Translations under genes and position numbers: made by a program
The notes under the pieces: generated by a model
Database searches by the model: none
Told to the model about the DNA's origin: nothing
What the model saw: the letters and a program-made list of their open reading frames with translations, nothing else
Assembly (NCBI GenBank): GCA_039621445.1
Contig: CP154954.1
Coordinates: 49,889,847-49,953,846 of the forward strand
Direction of reading: 5' to 3'
DNA: 64,000 nt
Origin: Euglena gracilis
Lineage: Eukaryota
Shown here: positions 13,301 through 26,600 of the stretch, one piece after another
Numbering within the stretch: position 1 is the stretch's first letter
Layout of the letters: each line of letters starts with the position of its first letter

Positions 13301-13508
13301 TGGGGGGGGTCTTAGGAAAGCCTGGCCAGGCGGGGGCAGGCTGGCGACGCACGCAGCGGCCCTTCAGGTAGTCGAGGCACACGCGGGGGGGGCTGGCTTC
13401 GGCCTGGGCTGGCTTGGCCCGGTTGGCCGCGCGGGGCTGGGGGCCGCTGCCCCGCAGCACGCCGTCAGCGGGGGCCATCGTGGGGGAGGAGGACGAGTCG
13501 GACTGCAT
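4392..13508 (-). CDS. Paralog 1 of tandem two-CCCH zinc-finger, Pro-rich putative RNA-binding protein (multi-exon; most divergent copy; 3' end uncertain)
   Basis: Exons read on minus strand: 13508-13343 (MQSDSS...PRVCLDYLKGRCVRR), 12612-12555 (CRFPHPDLSDYQLLSGAV), 10731-~10636 (AQAGRQVCEVWAMTGQCKFGQKCSKLHPGQ), ~8979-8880 (APALYVIAQPA), ~8642-8492, 8423-8327 (SSVNPLPCPAHV), 6134-~6035 (ALEADLSSPA), ~4860-4662 (QARHTLRACALPS). Same order as in the other three copies. Possible stop at 4394-4392, or a further exon near 4280-4195. Confidence 0.7.
5311..5432. mobile_element. hAT-like MITE, CAGGGCTGTACGGGAA family (relatives at 4416-4658, ~7123, 22219-22759)
   Basis: TIR CAGGGCTG; TSD gatgacag/gatgtcag (7/8). 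Confidence 0.72.
6135..8326 (-). mobile_element. Nonconventional intron = 8-bp-TSD TIR element (6140-8323), private to paralog 1
   Basis: TIR CAGGGGACT(C/T)CTC at both ends; TSD ggcccaac (6132-6139)/ggccccac (8324-8331). Removal of 8326-6135 gives in-frame APNPVG|PTGPG...ALEADLSS. The exon is contiguous in copies 2-4. Confidence 0.85.
7350..7468. repeat. Degenerate (TA)n microsatellite
   Basis: Direct reading. Confidence 0.92.
9105..10317. mobile_element. 1.2-kb hAT-like non-autonomous element with subterminal (GCGGTCGGCT)n arrays
   Basis: TIR CA(A/G)GCACCTATG; perfect TSD cccatttg; 10-bp tandem arrays at ~9137-9236 and ~10180-10306. Confidence 0.85.
9300..10080. repeat. Degenerate ~10-11-bp GGCCACTTTT satellite-like array (also ~400-640, 6385-6920, 51540-52080, 52720-52880)
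   Basis: Dozens of TTTTGGCCAC-like units that switch to AAAA(G/A)TGGCC at about 9620. Confidence 0.8.
10995..11444. mobile_element. MITE with AAAATAAGACCC subterminal repeats (Tc2/pogo-like ends)
   Basis: TAAACCCC..AAAAATAAGACC ... GGTCTTATTTTTGGGG..TTTA inverted ends; seven direct AATAAGACCC repeats. Confidence 0.6.
12025..12150 (+). pseudogene. Dynamin-family GTPase N-terminal (P-loop) gene fragment
   Basis: [40 protein letters not shown] matches the dynamin consensus [40 protein letters not shown]; TGA stands where Arg is expected; no other dynamin exons recognised. Confidence 0.85.
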
Positions 13509-13803
13509 TTCTGGGGAGGGGCCGGGGCAACCACCACCCTGTACAGAGGTGGTCAACTTGCCCCCCCCCCCCCGTTCAGCAGGCGGAGCCGTGTGTGCAG
13601 TGTCTGTACCCCCCCTTGTCCAAGAGGTGCCAATGCTCAGGGAATGTGTCGTTGACACAGGCGGGTGGACAACGGCATGGTGTGTCAAAAATGCCGTCAC
13701 GGAGGGCGTGTCAACAACACGGTGTGTTTGGGCAAGGGGGGGGGCATCTCGCATCACCCGATGCTGGTGGCAATGAGAACTTAGGCGGCGCATCTCGCAC
13801 TTA

Positions 13804-14017
13804 CCCCCCCCCTTGTCGTACGACCGGGTTCCTGCAACCTGTGACTGGGGGGGGGGTCATAAATGAGGGGGCGGTTGTAGGTAAGGTGGTGTTAAATTTT
13901 TCGCAACCTGCAACCTGTGACCGGGGGGGGGGGGGTCATAACACCCCCATGACCTGCAACCTGTGACCGGGGGGTGGTCGTAAATGAGGGGTGGTCGTAC
14001 GACTAGGGGGGGGGGGG
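13804..14017. mobile_element. TA-TSD MITE family A (Tc1/mariner-pogo-like); copies at ~15824-16250, 21732-22149, 29493-30178, 36968-37214, 41532-41779, 52461-52582
   Basis: TA|C(n)TTGTCGTACGACC...GGTCGTACGAC(T/A)AG(n)|TA with internal CCTGCAACCTGTGACCGGGG repeats. Confidence 0.8.
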
Positions 14018-14243
14018 TAAGCGTTTTTGGTCGATGTTCGCATTTTCGCAAACCAACCGTAAACCACTTTGAGCACCAGAGTTACAAGGTGTGTGAGAGA
14101 GAGAGGCAGCAGGATTCAACAAAATACCTCCCCCCCCCAGGCACTTGGCCCGGGCCAGGATTAAGGGAAAGGAAAGGGGGCCAACCTTAGGGGGACCAAG
14201 TTTGTATGTAAGAAGGAGGGGGCCCAAGTGCCCGGGGGGGAGT

Positions 14244-14759
14244 CAGGGTTGTATGGGAATCTCTGGGGGGGGGACCCCCTTCCAAAACTAGGGGGGGGGG
14301 GACCCCTCCTACCTCCAGTTTTCGGTCGCCGAAAAATCCGGCCATTTTTTGGGGGGGTCCAAAAAGCATTTTTTCTGAAATTTCCTGAAAATGATGGGGA
14401 ATCAGAGGAAATGTCAAAAGATCAAATTGAAGCCCTTAAAATGCCCCATCTAACAGAGTTTTGATTACCACTCAACTCCCCACCAGTCCCGAGTTACGGC
14501 CATTTTTTTTGTACATTTTGCCAAAATTTCATGTTGTGCCTCAAAAAAGTACAAAAATACACACCCGGCGCGAAGCGCCGGAATTTTTTTTTTTTTTTGC
14601 TCCCGCAGAGGAGGGGGAGGGGGGTGGGCGGGGACCCCCCCCCTTCCGAAACTAGGGGGGGGTGGGGGACCCCCCCCCCCCCTACCACCTTACCCCCCTA
14701 CGGGGGGACCCCCCCCCTACCACCTACCTCATGTCTGCGGAGCTTCCCATACAACCCTG
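14244..14759. mobile_element. hAT-like MITE, CAGGGTTGTATGGGAA family (other left ends at ~11754, ~63920)
   Basis: 16-bp TIR; perfect TSD gggggagt; inserted in the right end of a small TA-flanked element starting ~14126. Confidence 0.85.
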
Positions 14760-17700
14760 GGGGGAGTACGAGCGGTTTTTTGTTTTGGGGATCCTGGGAA
14801 TTACTTTTTTTGCTGATTGTTTGGAGTCGGAATGACACGAAAAACACCGGACCTATCCCCCCAAAATGAAAAAAAGACCGACAAAAACACCAAAACCCCG
14901 GAACCGCCACCCCCCATTCCCTGTGTGAATACTGCCACCGCCAGATGGTGCTCTGGAGGTGGGGTGGCAGGTCCAGCCCTCTTGCTTTCTGAAGTTTTGC
15001 GGCACGTTGTGGAGGTTTTTGAAGTTGGTTTCAAAAAGGAGCGGAAATGCACATGCCACATAAAGAATGGAGTGTTCGAGAATTCTGCCACTGGGGGTTG
15101 ATGAGGGGATGCAAAACACAGGAAGACTGCTACCGATTACTAGTTGAGTTCAGTGGCAAGTTGTACATCAATGCCCCACTGAGGTTTAAAGCATGCCCCA
15201 CTGATGTTTAAGGCTCCGTGGCACCCACACAAAATGACCGAAAAATCGCGAAAAGTGCTAAAATAGCACTTTTTCGGCGCCGAAAAGTATATCCCACCCC
15301 CCTCCGGGGACCCCCCCCGGGGGGGGGGGCTCGGCCGGACCCACCCACCCTACCCCCCCCCTCCCCCGGGGGTCCGCGACTAAAAAAACCCCCTGGTAAC
15401 AACACTAATATTACCTCCCTTGTACTCATGTGGTATTGGACCCCTCTGTTGAATGCTGCTGGTATGTTTGGGCGGTTGGTGTGCGCAAATGCGCACATCA
15501 ACCATTAAAATGGTTGCTTTTCACAATTGTGCCAAGCCAATCAGTCACTTTACCCCCCCCCCCGGGGGGTCGGCCACTCAGGAAAACCAGTTCCTTTTTG
15601 ACCTTTCAAGGCCATTTTTGGCCAAAATTTTCTCCAGCGCCTTCGGCGCCGGTTGGCCACTCAGCCACTTTTGGGTGATTTCGGGCCTACCCCACCCCCC
15701 CCCGGGGGGGGGGGGTCACGGCCAAAAAACCAGTCAGTCACTCCGAAAAAACCAGTCAGTCACCCCCGAGGGGGGGGGGTGGGACAGGTGTTAAGCAATG
15801 GTCTGGTTTCTAAATTAAAATTACCCTCCCCCCCCCCTTGTCGTACGACCGGGTACCTGCAACCTGCGACCGGGGGGGGGGGGGGGTCATTAGACCCGCC
15901 CTAACCTGCAACCTGCAACCGGGGGGTGGTCGTTGTTCACAGCATTGACCGATACCAAAGGGGACCCGAACTACCGTCATGGGTGCTGCGCACAGCAACA
16001 GCAAAGCAAGCAGCATGAGAATATGGGAGGGAAGTTGCCCTGACACCGGCAGCGGGGACATAGAAAATGGCTGGAAAAAGCGGCAAACATGGATGCATCT
16101 TCATGCAACCTCAAAAAAACCAGCCTCTCTTTTTGGTCCTGACCTGCAACCTGCGACCGGGGGGGGTCGTTAGACCCCCTAACCTGCAATCTGCAACCAG
16201 GGGGGGGGGGGTCGCTATAGTGGGGTGGTCGTACGACAAGGGGGGGAGGGCATGTAAAGGTATCTTCACTCCCAAATGACCCTTTTCAAATATGATGATG
16301 ATTTTTTTTACCAACAATGATGTTGCCAATGATGCCACTTTTACCAAAATTTTGAAAGAAAAAATCTAATCACGGCAACACATGCTCGAACTGGCAAAGC
16401 ACGTTGTCTGCCAGTATGCCACGCATGTTGGCACAGTCGTTTTGCCCAGTTGCATGAGCTTATGATTCATTATGCAACTGAAATGGCAGAATTCATTTGA
16501 AAAAGTGATGCAACTTCAGGATACCTGGAGATTCTGGTAAAAGGGCAATCCCCATGCGATCGCCCTGAAATAAATCCTTGCAAAGATTGGGAGGTCAAAA
16601 TACGCAAAAAAAATGCAAAAATGCACAGTTTCCCAGAAGTTTCATTCAAAAAAAGCAAATTTTCAAGATTCTGGTTCATGGATAATTGCAAATTATGTCT
16701 TGGCTCCAGCCGCAAAAAAATGCAGGGCAGGCAAAAGAAGGGCCGAGGAAAGCATGCGCTGCGGTCCCAATTGTTGTCACCATCGTGGGGTGGACGTAGC
16801 TGGCACACCCTGCTGCCAGCCGCAGACAGGCCGAATTCCATCCTTGGGGCGGGTCCATATGCCCGGTCAAAAATTGTAGCCTGGTGAAAAGTGCCTGGGC
16901 CAAATGCCAAATGGCACGGGCATTCCTTGCCATTCAGCACTTCCCCGAGCGGAATTCGGACCTTGCTGATTCTCCCGCCTGCCTGGGGGGAGGTCCGCCT
17001 TAGAATTCAGTCTGGCCGCGTAGGGGCTCACACATGCCTCTGTGCCTCTTGCAGGCCGGCGGCCAGCAAGGTCCAGCAAAGGTGGGTTGAGGGCATGAAC
17101 GGGGTCAACGCCCACAGGGCTCCAGTGGGGGGAACGAAACCGCGGCATCCCTGCCGGAGCCACAGCCGCGGCCGTAGCCCAGCAGGGATGCTCAGCGCCA
17201 CTCGGCAACGCCAAGGGTGCGGGAAAGGGAAAGGGTTGCTCAGGGCTCGGAGGGGGGGGGTAGGCAGCCACACAGCTGCGGAAGGGAAGGCGCAACCAGA
17301 GAGGGCAAACCACTCCATTGCCCACCCACCACTGGGTATGCGGCCGTGTGAATCGCGGGCTCGGTCGGATGTTTGTGCCTTGGAGTGCCTGCCCAGGCAG
17401 GCACCCCCCCCCCCGGGTGGGGTCGGCAAGCCCGACCCTAAAAAGCCCGGTGAACACTGCGTGCACTGTGTGCACGACGTGGAACATTCATTTTTGGCAG
17501 GAATGCTCTGAATCTGCCAATTGAAACGCAACAAAACAAGCATGAATCCAGCTGGGTTGCAAATATTAACCAAAAAAATTACTTTGGCTCATTTTGACCC
17601 CCATTCCAAAAATTTCGGTTCAATCCTCAGAGGGAGGCTTGGCTGGGAGCTGCTGGTTGAAGGTCAAAAAGGGGTGCTGGTTGGCAGGGCTGGCTGGAGG

Positions 17701-18425
17701 GAACCAAGATAGAAGCAGCCACCAGGAGAAAGTGGGCTATGGCACGCACAGGCACGGCAGGTTTGGCGTCAAAAGACTCGTTTGCTGGTGTGTACTGCAA
17801 GACGAACCTCCTCTCTGATGGTTGGATGAGCGGAGGGACGAGCGGCAAGAGGGGGCCGAGGCGGATTTGGCCGGCCTCGGAGGAAAGAACGGCCGAAGGC
17901 GGCCTCCGGTGCAGCGGCATTGTTCCTTCGGTAGGAATTCATGAGGACTCAGGTTGATGATTCACTGCGTTATCTGGCTACAGGCTTCTCCTCAAGGGTT
18001 CGCAGTACCCCCGGGGGTGGGGGGGCTGGACTGCATAGCATAACATGGCTTGTGGAAATCCTAGTAGACCCCCCGGGGGTCTGTTGGCAGGGCTAGCTAG
18101 TGGGGAAAAAAATTCCAGTGATTTGTAAGACCCCCCCAAAACTGGCCAAAAAAATGCCCATTTTTGGCCAGCTTTGGGATTTTTATTGGAACAAAACCAG
18201 CCAAAAATGCACTAAAAATCATTTCCACCTCGGAGCCAGCGCTGGAGGAATTCCAGTCGGGGCCCCCGGACCCCCAAAACTTTTAAGGCACTTTTTTCAA
18301 AGGTGTTTTAAGGCGCCTTAAAAAATACCCCCTGCCAGCCTGGGCTTCAATGGGGGAACTGTCAAACAGATGTATGGGGACAAATTCCGGGAACGGATTC
18401 CAATAAAACCCAATCCCCAAATGAT

Positions 18426-18597
<172 letters not shown>

Positions 18598-19644
18598 CCC
18601 ACTGAGGGTCCGACTTCGTTAATGCACCCCCCAACAACTTTTCCTTTCCACAAATATCACAGAGGCCTGTGCAGTTCTTCCACCTCCCCCGCATTGAAAT
18701 CCAAGGGACCTATTTCTTTGTTATGATTGCCAATGTCGGATTGGGACAAGATGTAAGGTGTCATTAGTAGAAAAACCATCCTGTATATGGGTAAACCCCC
18801 ACCCCCAGGGCATTGAGTGAGTGGTGGTTTTGCGGGGGGGGGGGGGGGGGGGCAGACCCCCCCTTCGGACCGTGTCCAGGGCCCAGGGGGAGGGGGGGTC
18901 CGAGAACCCCTCCTCCCCTCTCCCCTCCTCCTCTCTCATTCAATACCCTGCCCACCCAAATACCCTCAGGGTGCTAATTTTTTTGCCCGAAATCCCATCC
19001 AAAGGGGGGGGATTAACACCTGAATTTTTGAAAAACAGCAAAAAAAACTTGAGGTTGGAAAAGGTTCAAAAATAGCAATACCACAGATTTGAGATGAGGA
19101 AGAATCCTTGAACACCTCTTGTGCATTTGACCAACGTGAATATCTCAATAAAGCGTGAAGTGTCCAAAACTGATGAAGGTGATTTCCTTGTTAATACCAA
19201 CCCTGCAAAACATCATCTCCAAACCTGATGTTGCGAACGTATCTGCATGCATATGCCTGTGATGCCCATACAAATCACCAGGTCATCCCAAACGTGGTTT
19301 TAGTGGCACGCACTTGAGCATTAATGTGTAGCACTCCCCAGCTAATTTTTTTGCAGCCCTTTGATGTCAACGTTGCAGAGGAAAGCCAAAACAGATCAGT
19401 CTAAACGAATCCCCCCCCTCCTCTGTGACAACTCCGCCTCACTCTGTGTGGCGTGCAACTGCCAGCGTCCACGGAGTACCTCAGTTCTGACGCACCACTG
19501 CCCCATCCCTTTGTCCGCATCCTCGTGCCCCCTCCCCTCCCCTGCAGTCGTCAGTCATCCAGCGGAGGTCATCCCTGTTGACGGTCCAGGCAAGCCACAG
19601 TGCAATGGGGGCCGGCCGGGATGAAGGGTGCGGCGTTGGAGCCA

Positions 19645-19668
19645 CCGGCTTAGGCTACAGCGGAACCA
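19645..19668 (-). promoter_or_regulatory. Conserved non-coding block downstream of paralogs (also ~32772, ~50686, ~62438)
   Basis: CCGGCTTAGGCTACAGC is invariant in four copies; flanks are alignable but carry a 1-nt indel; lies 1-3.5 kb past the stop codons. Confidence 0.55.
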
Positions 19669-20608
19669 ACGCGCGCTGCCGGCCCAACGGACCGACAGCC
19701 TCCCCCAACCCCCAATGCACCGGCCAGCGCTGCCCTGACCCTCCACATCAAACAGGAGCACAATAGCCCAGGCCAATGAATAAAACCGATGAACTCCTGG
19801 CGGTCACAAAGCGGTCGGGGGGGGGGGTGGCTTTTGAGTAAGTTTCAGAAAAACCAATCTCAAGAACCAAAGGGATTTGACAAAAACTTTGCATTTTGAG
19901 AAGGACTTCCCCAAGACAGAAGGTTTTTGGGATTCTTTTCAAGAAAGGTCCTTTCTGAATTTTTTGGGCCAAGAAATGGGAATGACCAACTTCTCAAGTG
20001 GACTTGCCAACTTGTTACGCAGGCCAAATGGTATGAGCAACTTCCCAACAGGAACGCGCAAGCACGCAGGTGAGGAATTTTCCTTTGTCAATGGGCGTAT
20101 TTGCGCACACCGACAGAAAAAAGCTTAAATGTGGGCTACACCACCTGAAAGAAGCTCTTGTGTCTGCATTTCTGTATTAATGGGGAAATCCACCAAGGCA
20201 GCCTTGGGACAAAAAGGTGGAATGGGGAGGCAAACTGAGAAAGGAAACACCACAGGTTCGTGAGGCTTGCCTGAAGGGACCGGCACTCGAGCCATGATGC
20301 AGCTTGTTCTGGGTGGCCAAGAACCATGCACGATGCACAAAGAACGATGCACAAACACTGGTTGAAAGCAACAGGGTCGTCCCGTTCACGCTTATTTCAA
20401 ATAGGAAAAAAAATTTAAAAAAATGTTCAAATTATTACAAAAAATATTGGCCAGAATACCTTAGCATGCCTTAAAAACCAACATGCGAAAAAACCTAAAA
20501 AAAACTTTTTCCACCATGCCAGACAAATTGCTGGAAAACCCCCTTCTGCCATGTCGGTCCCTTGGACTTCTCATCTTCCTTCTGGACTTCTCATCAAACA
20601 GCGTGCAT

Positions 20609-23600
20609 TTATGGGGCGACGTTCAGGGCCCGCAGCATGTCCAGCAGGGGGTGGGGGTCCTCCAGTTCAGCGGAGAGAACAGGGTCAGTGGGAGAGGGCA
20701 GGGAACAGCCCCGGAGGGCGTGGCGGGCTTGGCGACAGCGGCCTCGGTCTCTCAGGCAGGAAAAACTTGTGGCTGAGACACATTGAGCACGTGCTGTTCC
20801 AATATCGTTGGTCTGGTTCAAGCATGGGATGTGGTGAACACCACAATACCTGCCTAAATGAAGTGTTCTCTGTTACAAAACAACTGGGGGCTTTCACAAT
20901 CCTTGACCAGCCGACAATCATATGGGACAGTGCCCGCTCAGCCATGCTGTGAAATTATCGCCACAAAACAGACACGGGGGGAGGGGGTCGGCGACCACTT
21001 GGGCTGGCTTGGCGAGGCTGAGGAGGCAACTGGGCTGGAGAGGTCCGCCTCCAGCGCCGCCCACGCTGGTTGGGCGGAAGCGTCGCTCAATGGGGGCTGC
21101 GAGGCGGTGGGCTGGTCGGCCTGTGGGGCGCCGGCAGAGCCCCGGGGGTTGAATGGGGTGGCGGTGGGGCGCAGACGGAACGGGATGACATGGGCTGGGC
21201 AGGGCCAGGGGTTGATGGACGGAGGGGTGGGGGGTGTGCTGGAAGCAGTTTGGTGGAAACAAACAAATCAGAAGCCCTCACGTTAATTGGATTACCGCTC
21301 GCCGGTGTCTAAGCACCGGAAAACGTTGGCATGAACCGGGACATGGTGTGGGCAGAAAAGGACCTTCAATGAAAAAAAAAATTGGCACGCTGAAAAAGAA
21401 AGAAATGCTCAGGAACCTCTGCTCAACTTGAGGGAATTGGGAGGCAAAAATCAACAGCATCTCACCAAAATGAGCTTCAGAAAAATTTGGAATATCAAAA
21501 CCTGACCCAGCTGACCCACCCTCGGCTGGAACTGGGCCCAACTGGGCCTCTTTCACCCCCTCACTTGTACTTGAAAAAAAAATACGGGGAAAATGCAATT
21601 GACGCAGAGTGTGTGTAAGAGGGGTTTTTTAAAGACCGGGAGGTCTCCCCCCCCCCCACCCACCCCTTGCCCCCAGGGGGGGGGGGGGCTCGGCCAGACC
21701 CACCCACCCTCCCCCCTGGGGTCCACAACTACCCCCCCCCCCCTAGTCGTATGACCGGGTTCCTGCAACCTGTGACCGGGGGGGGGGGGGGTGGTCATAA
21801 CACCCCCATAACCTGCAACCTGTGACCGGGGGGTGGTCATAGATGAGGGGGCGGTCGTAGAAGTGTGTGAAAACTGTCCCAAAATGGCAGATTTACCCCC
21901 CCCCAAAATGTCCCATTTTTCAAAAATCCGGCGCTTCGCGCCGGCAGGGGGGACCTTATTCTGGGGGGTTCAATTTCATGGATTTTTGCTCGGACCGGCC
22001 AGGGGGGGGACTTATTTTTGGGGGTTAAATTTTTCGCGACCTGCAACCTGTGACCGGGGGGGGTGGTCATAACACCCCCATGACCTGCAACCTGTGACCG
22101 GGGGGTGGTCATAAATGAGGGGTGGTCGTACGACTAGGGGGGGGGGGGGAAAAAAAAACCCCCGGTGTGTAATGAACCATGGGACATAAGGCATTGGGTA
22201 CTGGAAAAATGCGGTTGGCAGCGCTGTACGGGAAAATGTGGTGGCATGGGGTGGTCAACTCTGCACGTGGGAGGTGGGGGTCGACCATACCATTACTTAC
22301 CGACCACTTTCAACTTTCAAAAAATCAGTCAGTCACTTTTCAAAAACCAGTCACCCACTCCCTCCCAGGGGGGGTCGGTCACTTTGGCCACTCAGCCACT
22401 CAAGACCAAAGGATTTTGGCCCAAAAACCGAAAAATTTTCCGTTGCCTCCAGCGCTGGTTGGCACTTTCACCAATCCTGACCGACCTCACCCCCAGGGGG
22501 TCCTGGCGCCAGAAACCAGTCAGTCACTCAAAAAAAAAAAACAGTCAGTCACCCCCCGGGGGGCGGACACACTTTAACCCCACCCACCGTCGCACCGCCC
22601 AAAGAAAAACTCCTTCGTCGCTCAAGGCTCAAGGTGCCGAAGGAAAATCGGCGTTCCCGGAAAATACGGGAAGGGGTGGAGGGGGGGTCAGACCCCCCGC
22701 CCACCAGGATGGTTGACCCCCCGGCCCCTATTATTTGTGGGAATTCCCGTACAGCCCTGGAGTTCAACAAATTGAACCCGCTAAAATGCCCCAAAATGCC
22801 AATTATCCAGAAAAGCAACGAATTTCGACTCCACACTTGCCCCTTCCAGCCCTTTTCTGAGTCATTTCCCCCCATTTTGACCTATTTGACCCTCCCTCTT
22901 CCTCTGCGCACCTCCTTTTCCTGCCCAAAAGTGGGTCCCCCTTCCAGCTACCCTCTCCCCCCCTTGGGGAGGGAGGGACCGGCTGCATCAACACCGGCGT
23001 GGCAGGTGGGCCACCACTCGGCAGGCGCGTGGGCCACCGGAGACTGCCCCGCCGCGGTTCCCGTGCCGGTGGCGGGAACCTCCCCGGCCGGGGGGTTCGG
23101 GCACATCTCACCACCCGGGGCGACCTGCAAACCTCGTCACAGGCAACGTTGGACTCTCACCGGTGTCAGGATGACAATGCCAGGGTGATGCGAGGCCAAG
23201 CCCACTCTTTCAGCGTGACAAAGCAGCGAGTGCAGTGCCCGGATGGGAACACAAAAATTAGGGGCACGCGGATAGTCGGTGTGCCATGGCGCCCGTTAAA
23301 GTTTTTTACTTTTAGTTTTTTTTGTCGCCGCACAAACAACTTTGATTTCAGACCGCCTTGGCAGCAGCCATAACATCAAAAAAAATGTTTTATTGTCCCG
23401 TTTTCAAACCCCATTCGAGCCCCGCTCTGGCCCTCCGGCCCAGGGCCCTCTTCGGGGCGATCCATGACAGGTGGTCCTTTGCAGAAAAATGGCCATCCCT
23501 TGCGGACCGCCCTGGGAAAACCTCACAGGGTGTTACAGAATGTTCTAACTTCAAAAAATTCCATCAATTATTTTTTGACGACCAAACCGCAGATGCGCTC

Positions 23601-26600
23601 TTCCTGGCTATGCATTTCAAAGCTTTTGCAAAGCGCGCTGAAAAATCTGTGAATTTTAAAGAATGCCACAATATTTTGGACATGACTCAGTGGGGAAGCC
23701 TCAGGTGACATTTTTCACAGCATGAAAAATCAGTATGGGCCTCGCTGTTGTGGGAAAGGCGGCAACCTCACAGGGGTGACGATTCCAGGCAACAAATTTG
23801 AAAATGGGCTTTGGTGAAAATGGAAGGTGTGCAACGAAATTACAAAGGAGGTCAGGGTGGACAAAAAGATTTGCACACATCCTGGACCGCACCTGGTAAA
23901 TGTTTCAGCACAACTTCCAAAAGCTTGTCTGCTGAGGGCGGCTGAGGGCCTATGAAAGGCGGCCAGACGGCCAGGGGTCGGGGGGATGCCGGTGGGGAAG
24001 GTTGGGAGATGACGTAGGGGGCAGGGGGGGGCTTGCCATTGTTGGGGGATGGAGGAGGGCTGAGGGCTCTGACAGCCAGCTACGCGTTGTTTGTTCTTGG
24101 ACCTCCCCCTCTCTCGGCCCAGAGGGAGGGCTGAGGGGGTGGTGCAGTCCATGAGTTTTTTCTGGAGTGTTTTCTCAACAACCCGGGCGGGGGGACCCCA
24201 ACCCACCCACCAACCATTATTCAAAACCCACCCACCCACGCACCCAAAAACCCACCCAAAATCTGCCAATCATTGAAAAAGATATCGGCCCTGGCTGAGG
24301 TGCCCTGAACCATGGCACACCCCACCCCTTAGGGGGGGGGGGGTCCAGACTTAGGCGGCGCGAATTGCCCAACCGATTTTTGTGTTTTTTGGCGTTTTTT
24401 GGCTGTTTTAAAAACACCTAAAAGGGCAAAAAGATTTGAGCTGAGAGGGGTGTGTGGCGGCTTTGAGCCAAAATTTAACAGAAATGGTTTTGCGCGGTAT
24501 TCCGCTTAACCGATTTCCAATTGTGTGTGAGTTGTGTGAGTTGGGGGTGTACTAGAACTGTTTGAAATGGCTGGAAAAACACCGACTTTGAACAGGTGTG
24601 ACACGGGGCTGTGTGTCCATGGTTTATGTTAATAACAGTATTTGAGAGACGAGTGAACAATACAAGTGTGCGCGGATAACCGCGTAAAACGAAACAAGAG
24701 GTGACAGACAACGGAGTTAAACGTTTGGGTGGTAATCCGCGCACAATGCACTTGTACGCGGATAACCGCGGACAAGTGCATTGTGCGCGGATTACCGCGT
24801 ACAATGACACAAACAGTTGATGACTGGTGGGAGGGAATCCGCCTGGCATTTGTGTATACGTGTTGAGTGTAAGGTGACTGGGTGTAAGCGGGAATCCGTG
24901 TGGCCGGGTTAAGGGTGAGCAGAAAAAGCAAAGCATTTGTGGACGATGGGATGGGGGGGGGGAGATGGAAACCACCCTAAAAATGAAGTCTGCCGGTTTG
25001 TTGGCAAAGTTTTGCAACCCTACTTGTGACACCAGTCACAGGCGTGAATCTTTGCGGAGGACACGAACGACAGACTTTGTTGCCAGGTCGCCAGGCAGTT
25101 TGCAACTGAATGGCGTCTGGCGTGTTGTGGTGAGTTTGTGGGGTGAAGGTTTATGAAAACCAGGGAGAGGAGATTGCACCAGCAGGGGTTGACCAACCGA
25201 GGAGAGATGGCCAGCCCTTAAACTTGGGCACTCAGAGCAGGGGTGGTTTCCAAAAGGACCGGAGACACTTGTGTCGAGAGTGGTTACATGGATGGAAGCC
25301 AGATGCACCGGGTCAAACATCGACCCGGCGTTGGTTGAGAACGACCGCCTTCTGGTTTACCCCCCCTCCCACACGGCTTCTGACAATGGAGACCACCGTT
25401 CCCTCCTCCGGAGGCATGTTGCCGACCCCAAGGGAAGAAGAGCCAGAAAAAAAGAGGTGCTTTGGGTATTCTGTCTGAATTTCAGCAAAAACTGCAGCTT
25501 TTCAAAGGAAAAATGCTGTAACACTCTTTCAAAAAACAATTAAAAAGGCCTTGATTTTCTCAGAACCTGGAGGACTTCTTCCCAAAAGCCCCCGAAATTG
25601 TTCGATTGCTGCCACCAGCTGCTGAAACAGGCGTTTCTCCGTCCATATCTTGAATCACTTCTTCGTCGGCCTTCCCCCAAACCCTGATCTTGGGCCATCA
25701 AGACCGTTGGGTTCCAGGAGGAGGGCCCTGGGAGGTGCTTTTGTTCCTCCTGAGAAATCAACCTCAGTTTTTTGGCCGTTTTTCGGGACAGTAACAAAAC
25801 ATCTTCTCTACCGCAGCTCACCCGGCCTGGCAACTGACACGTGCGTTCCACTGCTGTCCCTGCAGCCACCCCTTCAACACTAGCCAGGGGGAACATTACT
25901 GCGTCCGAATTGCAGAGGAGGGTGTCCACCTCCTGCTCAAATGCCAGGCGGGTTTCCGCCTGCTCGGTTGCTTGCTGTCACGGCGCAGCAGCCACAGCTC
26001 CCTTTCAACCTGTCCCGACCAACGTCAAAAACGATGTCGCCACACGTCACCACCGACACCGACACTTTGGGACACCAAAACATCACAAAACACAACCCAT
26101 CAGGACAGCAACAAGCTCCACGCGGGTTTCCGCCCAAACCTCATCTGTGCGGAAACCCGCGCAAACTAAAAGCGAAGTAGGCGGATAACCGCGCACTGCC
26201 ATCGTTCAATAACGACCCAAAATCCCCTCCCTCTCCCCCAAACCTGTTCATTAACAACTTCACGTGATGACCAACTTCTGGAGGTTTCTGCGCGTTCCCA
26301 CTTCCCGCTCCCACGTGTCATCCACAAACACGAACTGTTCTCTTTCTCAAACCCTTCTGCGCGGGTTTCCGCCTGAGGAATCATCACTTCTTTACGCGGT
26401 AAACCGTGTAACCTCGTTTTTAACGTTATTCCCAGTCCAGTCCCCTCCGTTAGGCCAGCATCTCTTCATCACAAAAACTCATTTTGCGCGGTTTACCGCT
26501 TAAAACATCCCTTCCAAGAAATTGCAGCATCTGTTGGGCAGTGCTGTGTGTTCACCTCCCCCGTCACTGGACCTCGGCACTCACGAGAGGTTCAAAAGTG

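Noticed and set aside
12632-13352. Conventional GT-AG intron as the sole model for the zinc finger 1 intron
   Set aside because: Fails in paralog 4, gives an atypical x7 spacer and does not explain the complementary conserved termini; kept only as a possible alternative.
19655-19700. ALVPL-stop block as the main terminal coding exon
   Set aside because: Copies 2-4 already stop right after LRALNV, and the block has a frameshifting indel at ~62460.
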